The notes under the pieces: generated by a model
The model's database searches: none
What the model was told of the DNA's origin: nothing
The model's input: the letters and a program-made list of their open reading frames with translations, nothing else
Shown here: positions 43,902-52,950 of the stretch, piece after piece
Layout of the letters: every line of letters begins with the position of its first letter
Numbering within the stretch: position 1 is the stretch's first letter
Assembly (NCBI GenBank): GCA_937975645.1
Contig: CALJTV010000036.1
Coordinates: 39,622 to 103,621, forward strand
Direction of reading: 5' to 3'
From: an uncultured Dehalococcoidia bacterium
GTDB taxonomy: Bacteria > Chloroflexota > Dehalococcoidia > GIF9 > UBA5629
Length of the DNA: 64,000 bases
Program-made: the position numbers and the translations under genes

Positions 43902-44969
43902 ATGGTAGCCCTGTATGTCGCCTCCTCAGAAACCGCTGGTGGAAGCACTACTATATGTGCCGGTATTGGTAAGAAGTTAATGGGCACGAAAAGGGTCGGG
44001 TTTTTTGTCCCCGTTAGGTTTCCCGATACCAAAGCTACCTCTGGGGCTCTATCCGACGCCGCTTTCTTCAAGGAGACCTTTCAGCTACCTGAAAGTGTAG
44101 AACAAATTTGCCCGCTGGTACTTTCACCCGGTGAGCTGTGGCAGTACCTCACAGATGACCTCTCGGACTTCAGTCAGAGGTTGCAGCAGATGTACCGGGA
44201 CATTGCACGGGACAGGGACATAGTCATTATGGAAGGGATGGGCAACCTCACTACGGACAAAGTCTCCGAACTTGCCTGCTATTCCATCTCTGAAGTGCTT
44301 GGAGCTAAGGTGGTCATTGTGCTGCGCTACACCACCAGACCAGACATAGCTAAGGTGATACAGGTGTGCAAAAAATTGGGCGAAAGGCTGCTGGGCGTAG
44401 TCATAAACCTAACACCCGAACCAAAGATTGAAGGAGCGAAACAGCACCTCGCCAAGCAGTTCCAGGAAAGTGGTATCCACATTTTGGGGATATTGCCACA
44501 ACTACGCAGCTTGCTCGGCATCACAGTAGCCGAGCTCAGCCAAGCCCTCGATGGCAGACTCCTCTTCGGTAACGGCAACAAGAATGCCATCATAGAAAAC
44601 ATCATGCTCGGTGCCATGACCCAGGGTTCCGGCAAAGACTACTTCGAGCGCAAAGTCAATAAAGCAGTCATCATCCGGGCAGACCGACCTGACATGCAGC
44701 TAGCCGCCCTGCAGACCTCCGTAAGGTGCCTCGTCCTGGCTGGCACCTCCACCCAACCATCACCCACCGTCCTCTTAGCAGCCCAAGAAAAACGCGTGCC
44801 GATCATTACCACAGGAAAGAAGGTCCCGCAAATCATCGCCGAGATTGAGAAAGCGCTGGAAAAAGTAAGCTTCGCCCATCCCGAAAAGCTACAGAAATTG
44901 GGCAATGCGATGGAAAGCCACTTCGACTTCGCCACGCTCTATGCAAAGCTGGGCATCGACACTAGGTAA
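43902..44969 (+). CDS. Phosphotransacetylase-family N-terminal/DRTGG-domain protein
   Basis: 355 aa. The P-loop-like N-terminus MVALYVASSETAGGSTT and the overall layout fit DRTGG proteins. Confidence 0.65.
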   Translation: MVALYVASSETAGGSTTICAGIGKKLMGTKRVGFFVPVRFPDTKATSGALSDAAFFKETFQLPESVEQICPLVLSPGELWQYLTDDLSDFSQRLQQMYRDIARDRDIVIMEGMGNLTTDKVSELACYSISEVLGAKVVIVLRYTTRPDIAKVIQVCKKLGERLLGVVINLTPEPKIEGAKQHLAKQFQESGIHILGILPQLRSLLGITVAELSQALDGRLLFGNGNKNAIIENIMLGAMTQGSGKDYFERKVNKAVIIRADRPDMQLAALQTSVRCLVLAGTSTQPSPTVLLAAQEKRVPIITTGKKVPQIIAEIEKALEKVSFAHPEKLQKLGNAMESHFDFATLYAKLGIDTR

Positions 44970-44973
44970 GCAA

Positions 44974-45177
44974 CTATTCGTTAGCCAGAAGCTCTCTAGC
45001 AGTAGAGGCAAATACCGCTGGCACCCGGACTTCCACTCTCCCCAAGCCATCAACCGTTAGCCCATAGACCAGCCCGGCACTTTCATACCGTAGGACCACT
45101 GGTATCCCTTCGCTTTCCAAGCGCCCCTTGACTATCTCAGCCTCGGGCTGTCCCCAAGCCACATATACCGTCACCAT
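44974..45177 (-). CDS. DUF2007-like small protein (start uncertain; the track ORF extends to 45267)
   Basis: MVTVYVAWGQPEAEIVKGRLESEGIPVVLRYES... Confidence 0.5.
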   Translation of the reverse strand: MVTVYVAWGQPEAEIVKGRLESEGIPVVLRYESAGLVYGLTVDGLGRVEVRVPAVFASTARELLANE

Positions 45178-45318
45178 CTGGTGTTCTTTAAACAACTTCT
45201 CTGTCACCGCTGTTGGACTTAACGCAGCATAAAGGTCAAGGTAAATAACAGCCCTGGCCTCGGGCATAATTTGCCTTTGCCAGGGCTGTATAATTCAGAC
45301 CGTGAGAGAAAAACCGGT

Positions 45319-46011
45319 CTATTTCTTATAGAAGCCAGGATTGCTCAGCAGATTGTCCTGCAGACACCAGGTCAGCGAGCAATGCTCGGTGTGCGGGCAG
45401 CCGCTGATGCCCCAGTCACCACCCTTGCCACCACCATAGCAATCTCCGGTGCCAAAGTGGTTCGGGTGGTCATCATTGATGCGCGGATGGGTACCAATGG
45501 TACCCCCTGCCCAGCTCTTGCTGGCAAAAGCCAGGCTCCTACCCCAGCAGCAGCAGCAGGTGGCTAGCTTGCCCTTAAGCACCGGAGTGCTCGGGCACTC
45601 CACCTCTGCCTGACCGGTAGCTGGACAGGCTTCGCTCGAAAGCGACGCCTCGCAAGCCGCCGGGTCTGAACAAGTCGCCAAGGCACCCTGCTCCACATCG
45701 CGGCAAGCGGGACAACCAGCAGTGGCACCACAGTCCATGTCCTTCCCAGTAGGACAGCTTATGCCAAAGAAATCGTTGCACCACCTGCTCGGACCACATA
45801 GTCCGGACAGCCTGGACATAGACTGTATCGGCGTCCTCCCCCAGTTCTTGATATAGAGGTTCCAAGAATCAGGGTTGTCCTGCCACTTCACCTTGTCCCA
45901 GGCGCCCTTAGCCAAGCCTGCATAAGCGTCCTCCGCTGACACCACCGCCGGCATCAACATGACAGACAACGCCAGCAACAAAGCAAACGACGCACCTATA
46001 GCTTTCCTCAA
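45319..46011 (-). CDS. Secreted cysteine-rich protein of unknown function
   Basis: The TTG start follows GAAGGAGGTG. The signal peptide ends ...PAVVSA/ED. I count 18 Cys, including a 'CCCC' run. Confidence 0.6.
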   Translation of the reverse strand: MRKAIGASFALLLALSVMLMPAVVSAEDAYAGLAKGAWDKVKWQDNPDSWNLYIKNWGRTPIQSMSRLSGLCGPSRWCNDFFGISCPTGKDMDCGATAGCPACRDVEQGALATCSDPAACEASLSSEACPATGQAEVECPSTPVLKGKLATCCCCWGRSLAFASKSWAGGTIGTHPRINDDHPNHFGTGDCYGGGKGGDWGISGCPHTEHCSLTWCLQDNLLSNPGFYKK

Positions 46012-46094
46012 TTTGTCACCTCCTTCTTGGCTTTGCGTGCCTTGATTTTACAGGGCAAAAACCCCCTTGTCAAGAGGTTTTTCGGTCAAAAGTC

Positions 46095-46123
46095 TTGAAA
46101 ATCCGCGCTTCACAATATAAAAT
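46095..46123 (+). promoter_or_regulatory. Putative promoter TTGAAA-17-TAAAAT upstream of speH
   Basis: TTGAAA lies at 46095-46100 and TAAAAT at 46118-46123. Confidence 0.45.
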
Positions 46124-46202
46124 TACAGCTTGCTGTTGCCAAATACACAGCGGATAGGAGGTGAGAACTTCACGGAAAAATCTAAATAGGAGGGAAGGTG
46201 AT

Positions 46203-46571
46203 TTGAATGCACTGGGAAGACACTTACTGCTGGAGCTCAGAGACTGTAATCCGGAGGTGCTCAATGACCTGAAGTTCCTCAGAGAATGCCTTTATCAAGC
46301 CGCCAAAAACATCGGAGCCACTATAGTAAACGAATGCTTCCATGAGTTTAGCCCCCACGGTATAAGTGGTGTAATCGTTATCTCGGAATCACACCTCTGT
46401 ATACATACCTGGCCAGAGCACAGGTATGCTGCGGTGGACATATTCACCTGCGGGGATGCCGTGGACCCCGAGAGGGCTGTGAAACCACTCGTGGAACAAC
46501 TTGGCTCCAAAAACCCCTCTTTCATCGAAATGAAGAGGGGTATACTGCAAGGCAGCCGGGTTGGAGTGTGA
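46203..46571 (+). CDS. speH: S-adenosylmethionine decarboxylase proenzyme (small bacterial/archaeal type)
   Basis: LNALGRHLLLELRDC...VISESHLCIHTWPE contains the self-cleavage ES site. The TTG start at 46203 follows GGAGGGAAGG. Confidence 0.8.
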   Translation: MNALGRHLLLELRDCNPEVLNDLKFLRECLYQAAKNIGATIVNECFHEFSPHGISGVIVISESHLCIHTWPEHRYAAVDIFTCGDAVDPERAVKPLVEQLGSKNPSFIEMKRGILQGSRVGV

Positions 46572-46577
46572 AGTAGC

Positions 46578-47510
46578 ATGACGGACCCAGACAACCCTGA
46601 TAGAGACAAACGCAACTGGTTATATGACCAAATAAACCCTAACCTTGTCCAGCTTCATAGGATAAGGCGACAGATATACTCAGAGCGGACAGAGTTCCAG
46701 TATCTGGAAATAGTGGAGACTGCCAGCTTCGGGACTTGTCTGGTACTGGACGGCAGAATTCAGTCCAGTGCCAGCGATGAGTTCATCTATCACGAGGCAT
46801 TGGTCCACCCGGTCATGTTGGCACATGATTACCCCCAGACGGTCTTCATCGCTGGTGGAGGTGAAGGTGCCACATTGCGAGAAGTACTCAAACACAAGAC
46901 TGTAAAAAGGGTTGTTATGGTGGATATAGACAGAGGGGTGGTGGATATCTGCCGTCATTATCTGCCCGCTTTCCATCAAGGTTCTTTTGATGATGCCCGC
47001 CTTGAACTCCATTTCACCGACGCCAGAAAATACCTTGAACAAACAGCAGAGAGCTTCGATGTGGCAATAGTAGACCTGGTCGAGCCTTTGAAAGAAGGGC
47101 CGGCATGCCTGCTGTACACACAGGAGTTTTATCAGCTTATCAAAAGCAGACTATCCCCAGGTGGTATCGTTTCAGTCCAGTCCGGCGCTGCTGGCTGGAC
47201 AAACCTCTCCCTGTTTACCGTGATAGTCAACACTCTGAAAAGTGTTTTCCCCAGAGCTCGCCCTTACCATATCTACGTACCTTCATTTGTCGATATGTGG
47301 GGGTTCACTGCAGCCTCAAAAACTATTGACCCCGCTAAGTTGTCTCCCCGAGAAGTCAACCGCAGAATCGCAACAAGAATGGTGACGATACCTAGGGCCT
47401 ATGACGGGCTCTCCCACCTGGCTATGTTTACCCTCCCCAAACACATCCGACGCCGTATAGCATCCACCAGAAGGGTCGCCACGGACAACGCCCCCATCTT
47501 CATCCACTAA
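46578..47510 (+). CDS. speE: Spermidine synthase / polyamine aminopropyltransferase
   Basis: 'VFIAGGGEGATLREVLKH' and 'VDLVEP' are present. Confidence 0.85.
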   Translation: MTDPDNPDRDKRNWLYDQINPNLVQLHRIRRQIYSERTEFQYLEIVETASFGTCLVLDGRIQSSASDEFIYHEALVHPVMLAHDYPQTVFIAGGGEGATLREVLKHKTVKRVVMVDIDRGVVDICRHYLPAFHQGSFDDARLELHFTDARKYLEQTAESFDVAIVDLVEPLKEGPACLLYTQEFYQLIKSRLSPGGIVSVQSGAAGWTNLSLFTVIVNTLKSVFPRARPYHIYVPSFVDMWGFTAASKTIDPAKLSPREVNRRIATRMVTIPRAYDGLSHLAMFTLPKHIRRRIASTRRVATDNAPIFIH

Positions 47511-47557
47511 CGTATCACGCCATACAGAAACAAAGTTCCCATAATATGACTTTTATA

Positions 47558-48091
47558 TTAACCTTCTGGAGAGAGCTTTTCCGGACGAAATATCTCCATG
47601 ACCAGGAAAGAGTAGCCCCAGCAGAAGAGACTGCCACAGGGGGTAAAGCCGCACTTCCTGAAGCACTTCTGTGCCCGTATATTCCAGTCGAGCGTCTTTA
47701 GGTACACCCTCCGTAGACCGGTGCTTGCGAAAATATACCTTAACAGGGTGAGGATAGCATCGGTGCCGTAGCCACGGTCCCAGTAAGCCCGGTTGCCGAT
47801 CATTATCCCTACCTCCGCCTCTTGCTTCTCCTCATTGATGCTGAAAAAGCCGCAATTGCCGATATGCTCTCCCTCCAGGGTCTCTATAGCAAACCGTCGC
47901 CCCGAATGGTAATGTTTTAGCTCCCAGGCATAGTCCTCGAGAAACTCTTTGAAAGAGCAGGTGAGGGGCGACGTAGCATCGAGACGGCATAGCTCGGCAT
48001 CGCGCCGCCAAGCATAATCATTAGCCGCATCCCCTATATGCTTAGGGCGCAGCCTCACCTTTTCGCCAACCAGCGATAACTGTTCAATCAA
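47558..48091 (-). CDS. GNAT-family N-acetyltransferase (RimJ/RimL-like)
   Basis: 'GEKVRLRP...' and 'IGNRAYWDRGYGTDA' are present. TTG 48091 overlaps the upstream stop by 8 nt. The track ORF start at 48142 is less likely. Confidence 0.7.
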   Translation of the reverse strand: MIEQLSLVGEKVRLRPKHIGDAANDYAWRRDAELCRLDATSPLTCSFKEFLEDYAWELKHYHSGRRFAIETLEGEHIGNCGFFSINEEKQEAEVGIMIGNRAYWDRGYGTDAILTLLRYIFASTGLRRVYLKTLDWNIRAQKCFRKCGFTPCGSLFCWGYSFLVMEIFRPEKLSPEG

Positions 48092-49022
48092 AGTCGTCCA
48101 GCGATTGTGATAAAGGTTCCTCGTTGAAACGCAGCACCTCAAGGGCTTCTTCCGCCGCCTGGCGGACCCGCTGTTCGCGGTGGTGCAACAGTCTTTTCAG
48201 CGCCCTTTTCGCCTGTTCACCACCGATCTCACCCAGCGCCCTGATAGCCGCTTCCTGGACTTCGCCATCGGTGTCCTCGACCAGTCGCAAAAGCTGTGGC
48301 ACCGCCTCCACGGCACCCAGCTCGGCACAGGCGTTGGCTGCCTCATACCTCACCGCCGGTTCCTCACTCTCAAGTTCATCTAGCAAAAAGTCCAGCCATA
48401 ATGGATCACAGTTCCGTCCCATAGCGTATATAGCGCTCAGCTTGAATTCAGCACCGCCCTGACAGTACGCTTGCCCTATCAACTCCTTTACCCGCGGCTG
48501 GTTGAACGGCGAGATAGCCTCAAGGGCACGCCGCCTCACTTGGACCAGCTCCTGCCCATTATTGATAGCATCAAGCAGGGCTTCATACACTATATCCTTG
48601 TAGTACGCCGAAATTTTGCCGCACTCGGCAAGCATGGCAAAACTGCCCAGTGCTGTAGCTGCGGCTTCCCGCACTCTCGCTGAGCTGTCATGTCTCAAAC
48701 GCTTCACCAGTGGCACAATAAGTTGACAGTTGTCCTCGCCTTCCAAGCCCATTATTGCCTGTAGCCTCACCGCCTCATCATCATCACCCAGACAGGAGAC
48801 AAAAACAGCGGTGAAGTCCATCCCGAGATCTGTCTCGCTGAGATGTACTAGCTTGGAAATGATCTCTTGTTTTCGCACTGCATCCACCCTTGCCCAATTC
48901 AGCTCAAAAAACCTCAGCTCTTCACGTCCCAAGCCCGAAAGACATGCAAGCTCGGAACTGGTCACTGGCTTATCAGAGTTGAGTAGACCGCTTATTCGCT
49001 CTATACGCGCTGCCAGTTGCAT
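48084..49022 (-). CDS. HEAT-repeat (PBS-lyase-type) protein
   Basis: The sequence shows repeated 'D..VR..AA.ALG' units. Confidence 0.7.
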   Translation of the reverse strand: MQLAARIERISGLLNSDKPVTSSELACLSGLGREELRFFELNWARVDAVRKQEIISKLVHLSETDLGMDFTAVFVSCLGDDDEAVRLQAIMGLEGEDNCQLIVPLVKRLRHDSSARVREAAATALGSFAMLAECGKISAYYKDIVYEALLDAINNGQELVQVRRRALEAISPFNQPRVKELIGQAYCQGGAEFKLSAIYAMGRNCDPLWLDFLLDELESEEPAVRYEAANACAELGAVEAVPQLLRLVEDTDGEVQEAAIRALGEIGGEQAKRALKRLLHHREQRVRQAAEEALEVLRFNEEPLSQSLDDFD

Positions 49023-49025
49023 ACC

Positions 49026-49853
49026 TCAGAACTCCTCATCGTCCTCTTCTTCCTCGTCTTCTTCTTCCTCTTCCTCATCTTCTGGCGGCCACACTGGCTT
49101 GGTATAACGGTCGATATATTCACCCATGGCTGCTGCTGCTACCTTCTTCATCTCCTCTTCTGACTCTTCCGCTAGCGTAGCCAGCTCTGAAAGGTCTATG
49201 TCAATGTCAAGTATCCTCACCAGTACCTCGAGCACCGCCAGGGCGGCTTTAGGGTTCGGGATTCGGGTAGTATAGGAAGGGACCTCACCGAGGAGACACA
49301 CCCCTTCGACGCCACACTCCTTGGCTACACCGAGAAACAACCCGTTGAGCCCAGCGATCTGTACGTTGCCACGCAATACCACATCATACCTCTTTAACAT
49401 TTCTATGAGCTTCCGGCTCGTGGCTGCCCCCCAGACTCTAGGCTTCTCGGTATGATGGATCTTTGCCATAGCCGCGGCGGTAGTGTAAACCCTTTTAGCC
49501 TTCAACTTTCTCCCGGCATCAAGCACGCACCGGGCTAGCTCATAGCCCTTGAAATTCGGTTGCTCCTCACCGATGAACAGCAATAAGCCGCGGTCTGTGT
49601 GGGTATTATGCCAGTAGTAGAACTTGCTCTCCGGGAAACGGGGCGCTTCGATCAGGTTGTCCCTCACCATAATACCGATGGGGTCAAAAAACTCAAAAGG
49701 CGCCAGCTCTCCAATCTCCTCAGCACCCAGCTTGTCCTGCAGATACTTGGCTACGATCAGCCCTACATTGCCAATGCCAGGCCAAGCAGCCAGCATATCG
49801 CAGACCTCGGGACGCAGCTCCTTATAAAACTTTACCGGATTTTTTATCCTCAT
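49026..49853 (-). CDS. PAC2 (proteasome assembly chaperone 2-like) family protein with poly-acidic tail
   Basis: 'LAAWPGIGNVGLIVAKYL' is a PAC2-type N-terminus. The C-terminus is PPEDEEEEEEDEEEEDDEEF. Confidence 0.65.
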   Translation of the reverse strand: MRIKNPVKFYKELRPEVCDMLAAWPGIGNVGLIVAKYLQDKLGAEEIGELAPFEFFDPIGIMVRDNLIEAPRFPESKFYYWHNTHTDRGLLLFIGEEQPNFKGYELARCVLDAGRKLKAKRVYTTAAAMAKIHHTEKPRVWGAATSRKLIEMLKRYDVVLRGNVQIAGLNGLFLGVAKECGVEGVCLLGEVPSYTTRIPNPKAALAVLEVLVRILDIDIDLSELATLAEESEEEMKKVAAAAMGEYIDRYTKPVWPPEDEEEEEEDEEEEDDEEF

Positions 49854-49872
49854 GCTACAAACATCGATAGGA

Positions 49873-51201
49873 CTAGCCCTCTTTGGTGGCTACTGGCAGA
49901 CCCCCACAGTAAAGACATGGGGTCAGTAACGCGCCCTCCACCCACCTTCTTTCCTTCCCGATGCCTTCGATTTGATTCAGTACCTGGTACACGTTACCTG
50001 AAACCATCGTGTTCTTCACCCTGCCCACAATTTCCCCATCCTCCACCTTGTAGCCCAGCAGGACATTGCCACTGAAGTCCCCGTTAAGCACATTACCTTG
50101 CTCAGCACCCATCACCAGTTCTACCACCAGCCCCTCTTTGATGTCCCTGACCATGTCCCAGAAATCGCTGTCCCCCTCCCCTATCACCAACGAGCTGGGG
50201 TGAGGTGCAGGCAAGCCCCCCTGGCGGCTGCCATTCCCGGTACTTCTCGAGCCCGACAGGGCTGCAGTATGCAGGTCGTAGAGGAAATGCAATACCACTC
50301 CACGCTCCACCAGCGTTGTCCGTTGTCCAGACACACCCTCATCATCACAGGGATAGCTCCGAGGCTGGAAAGATATGGTGGCATCATCCCACAGGTTGAA
50401 CCTAGCGTCAAACACCTGCTCCCCCAGCCTGTCTTTTAGCGGCGAAGACCCATCATAAACGATTTTACCATTGAACGCTGCCACAAGCGAGGGCAGGAGG
50501 CAACTAGCAACGCCGTAGGCGGTGAAGACCACTGGCATCGTCCTTGTCTTGATGCTAGCGTTCCGCTTCGCCAGCTCAAGTTGTCTTATCACCTCATTAA
50601 CCACCGACTTGAAATCCGTCAGCCGTCGACAGGAACTCTGGCTGTCCCCAACAAACAACATATCTTCGCCCCTAACCAGCATACCATCAATGCTTATCCT
50701 GAAATAGCTCTTTCTATAGCTGGCTTCGCCACCGTTGGAGTTAATTAGATGCACCGAGATAACACGCTTTGCTACCAGAGCATCGCACAGGAGTTCAGGT
50801 GTGTGCGACCTCACGGCGTCAATAAGGCTTTGCCCCAGTCCAGCCATGTCCTCAATAGGTACTCCGTCCACTTCCGGGTCAAACGTCTCCACCTGCACAG
50901 GGTCCACCTTCGCCGGAAAGGAAAAACCCTCCGGTACATCGAAGCGGCATGTCTCCACCGCCATCTGCACCAGGTCTGCTGGTCTGATAAAGCCACTTGC
51001 TTGGGCAAAGCCAGCTTTGCCTCCTTTCACGATCCTGAGCGCGGTCACAGTGCTCTCCCTATCCTCCACCTGTTTGAGCCGGTTGGCATGAAAATACACT
51101 GGCATCGCCATTGACACCATCTGAAACACCTCAGCCTGCTCTGCTACCTCTCTGGCTTTCTCCAGGACCTCTTCCACTAGTGTTTGCCTCCCACCAGACA
51201 T
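49873..51201 (-). CDS. pmbA: PmbA/TldE family protein
   Basis: The sequence is TldD/PmbA-fold without an HExxxH motif. The start is ambiguous: ATG 51201 or GTG 51249. Confidence 0.75.
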   Translation of the reverse strand: MSGGRQTLVEEVLEKAREVAEQAEVFQMVSMAMPVYFHANRLKQVEDRESTVTALRIVKGGKAGFAQASGFIRPADLVQMAVETCRFDVPEGFSFPAKVDPVQVETFDPEVDGVPIEDMAGLGQSLIDAVRSHTPELLCDALVAKRVISVHLINSNGGEASYRKSYFRISIDGMLVRGEDMLFVGDSQSSCRRLTDFKSVVNEVIRQLELAKRNASIKTRTMPVVFTAYGVASCLLPSLVAAFNGKIVYDGSSPLKDRLGEQVFDARFNLWDDATISFQPRSYPCDDEGVSGQRTTLVERGVVLHFLYDLHTAALSGSRSTGNGSRQGGLPAPHPSSLVIGEGDSDFWDMVRDIKEGLVVELVMGAEQGNVLNGDFSGNVLLGYKVEDGEIVGRVKNTMVSGNVYQVLNQIEGIGKERRWVEGALLTPCLYCGGLPVATKEG

Positions 51202-52538
51202 CGCGATACCCTTATATGCGGGCTGCCATTGGAGACCGGCAGCGGCCACTGGTCACCCTTGCCACAACCTCCACCTTGCTCCATCTCGAGGTCATTTCCG
51301 ATGGCTTCGATGTTCATCAGTGTAGTGAACACATTGCCGCTGAGCACTACCGGGCGAAGCAGCTCAGCCAACTTGCCATTGCGTATCGTATACGCCTCAC
51401 CGGCGGAGAAGGTGAACATCTCCAAGCTAGTGGTGCCCCCATACCATTCTCTAGCATAGACGCCCTCCTTAATATCGCTTATCATGTCTTCAAAGGACAC
51501 CCCTCCAGGCTCTATGTATGTGTTGGTCATTCTGACTATGGGCGGGTAAATATAACTTATTGCTCTGGCATTGCCAGTAAGCTGCTCACCCATCTTGGCT
51601 GCCGTCTCTCGGGAATGTAGGCGGCTTACCAGTATACCCTCCCTTATTAGGTAAGTCTTAGTTGCTGGCACACCCTCGTCGTCATACTTATAGCTGCCCC
51701 TCAGCCCTGGTACGGCAGCGCCGTCTACGATGTTCAATTCCTTACTGCCGAACCTCCTCCCCAGCACCATTATCTCCTGCAGCTTCTGGTTCTCATAGAC
51801 ATGGTCGGCTTCAGAAAGGTGTCCAAAGGCTTCATGAACGAACACACCTGCTAGAATAGGATCGAGCACCACAGTGTATTCTCCACCTTTGGCATAGGGC
51901 GCCGAAAGAAGCCTCACTGCCCTCCGGGCTGTCTCCCTGACCTTCTCCTGTAGCCCCTCCACCACCGAAAAATCTCCAGGACTACCCAGGCTCAAGCCCG
52001 CTTGCTGTACCTCCCCATCGCTGGCAGCTACTGCTGCTAGCCGCAGGTTGATATCCAGCTTTGTCTGCTCAATGTAGCTACCTTCAGAATTGGCAAAGAG
52101 GAGCTTCCGCTGGCTGTCCTGATAGTTTATCTGACAGCTCCGCACCTTCGGCGTGCTCATCACAATGTCGTTATATTCATCTAACAACTGTTTCTTGAGC
52201 ACCAGCGGTACCTCTGCCGGACTCTTCTTCACTTCAGGCACCACAACATCGACTATGGGACCGGTAAAGCACAGCTTGCTGGTTTCCCTGCCCAGCAGCC
52301 TCGCTTGGCTGATCACCACTGCTACCTTCTCCCTCAGCCTGTCCAGGTTGTTGAAGCTGGCAAATCCCCAGCCACCATTCACCAGAGCCCTGACATTACC
52401 CCCCACTGCCGATGTCCTGCCCATCTCCTCCAGCCTGCCGCCACGATATACAATCCGCGTCGCCTGGCTCTCCTCAACGCGTACCTCTATATAGTCGGCG
52501 TTATGCCCTTTTAAAGCCTCAAAAATAATGTCACGCAT
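51177..52538 (-). CDS. tldD: TldD family metalloprotease
   Basis: The 'HEAFGH' (HExxxH) motif is present. The start is set at ATG 52538 (MRDIIFEAL...). Confidence 0.8.
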   Translation of the reverse strand: MRDIIFEALKGHNADYIEVRVEESQATRIVYRGGRLEEMGRTSAVGGNVRALVNGGWGFASFNNLDRLREKVAVVISQARLLGRETSKLCFTGPIVDVVVPEVKKSPAEVPLVLKKQLLDEYNDIVMSTPKVRSCQINYQDSQRKLLFANSEGSYIEQTKLDINLRLAAVAASDGEVQQAGLSLGSPGDFSVVEGLQEKVRETARRAVRLLSAPYAKGGEYTVVLDPILAGVFVHEAFGHLSEADHVYENQKLQEIMVLGRRFGSKELNIVDGAAVPGLRGSYKYDDEGVPATKTYLIREGILVSRLHSRETAAKMGEQLTGNARAISYIYPPIVRMTNTYIEPGGVSFEDMISDIKEGVYAREWYGGTTSLEMFTFSAGEAYTIRNGKLAELLRPVVLSGNVFTTLMNIEAIGNDLEMEQGGGCGKGDQWPLPVSNGSPHIRVSRCLVGGKH

Positions 52539-52656
52539 CCTCAGATTCCCAGCACAGTTCTTTATTATAACACAAGATACTTGCCCCAGCCCCCAACGGA
52601 CAGCGCTAGATTGGACATCTGTCATGGTCTGGAGTATACTAAGGGATACAGAAAGC

Positions 52657-52950
52657 ATGCAGTCCAGCCTTATCGGGAAGATAGAGAAAGCCAGGCGCTA
52701 CGCAGAGGAGCCAGACCGTATCAAGTTTCAGGAATTCGCTGCCAAGTTCCAAGGACAGCACGATAGCTACACCTTAAGCTACAAGGGCGGGAAATGGCAC
52801 TGCACCTGCCATTTCTTCTCCCAGTGGAAGCTGTGCAGCCACATCATGGCACTGCAGCAAATTCTGGCGAAAATGCTACCGGAGGAGGCGCTTACCTCCC
52901 CAATTACAACAGCTGCTTCAGTCCCCCAGTCCCCTGATCTAACTGCTTAG
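52657..52950 (+). CDS. SWIM zinc-finger protein
   Basis: 'CTCHFFSQWKLCSH' fits the CxCx(n)CxH pattern. The start is set at ATG 52657. Confidence 0.6.
   Translation: MQSSLIGKIEKARRYAEEPDRIKFQEFAAKFQGQHDSYTLSYKGGKWHCTCHFFSQWKLCSHIMALQQILAKMLPEEALTSPITTAASVPQSPDLTA

Noticed and set aside
49029-49088. A tandem-repeat or CRISPR-like signal in the GAA/GAG-rich tract.
   Set aside because: It is in-frame coding low complexity (the poly-Glu/Asp tail of the PAC2 protein) with no spacer/repeat organisation. No CRISPR array was found anywhere in the window.
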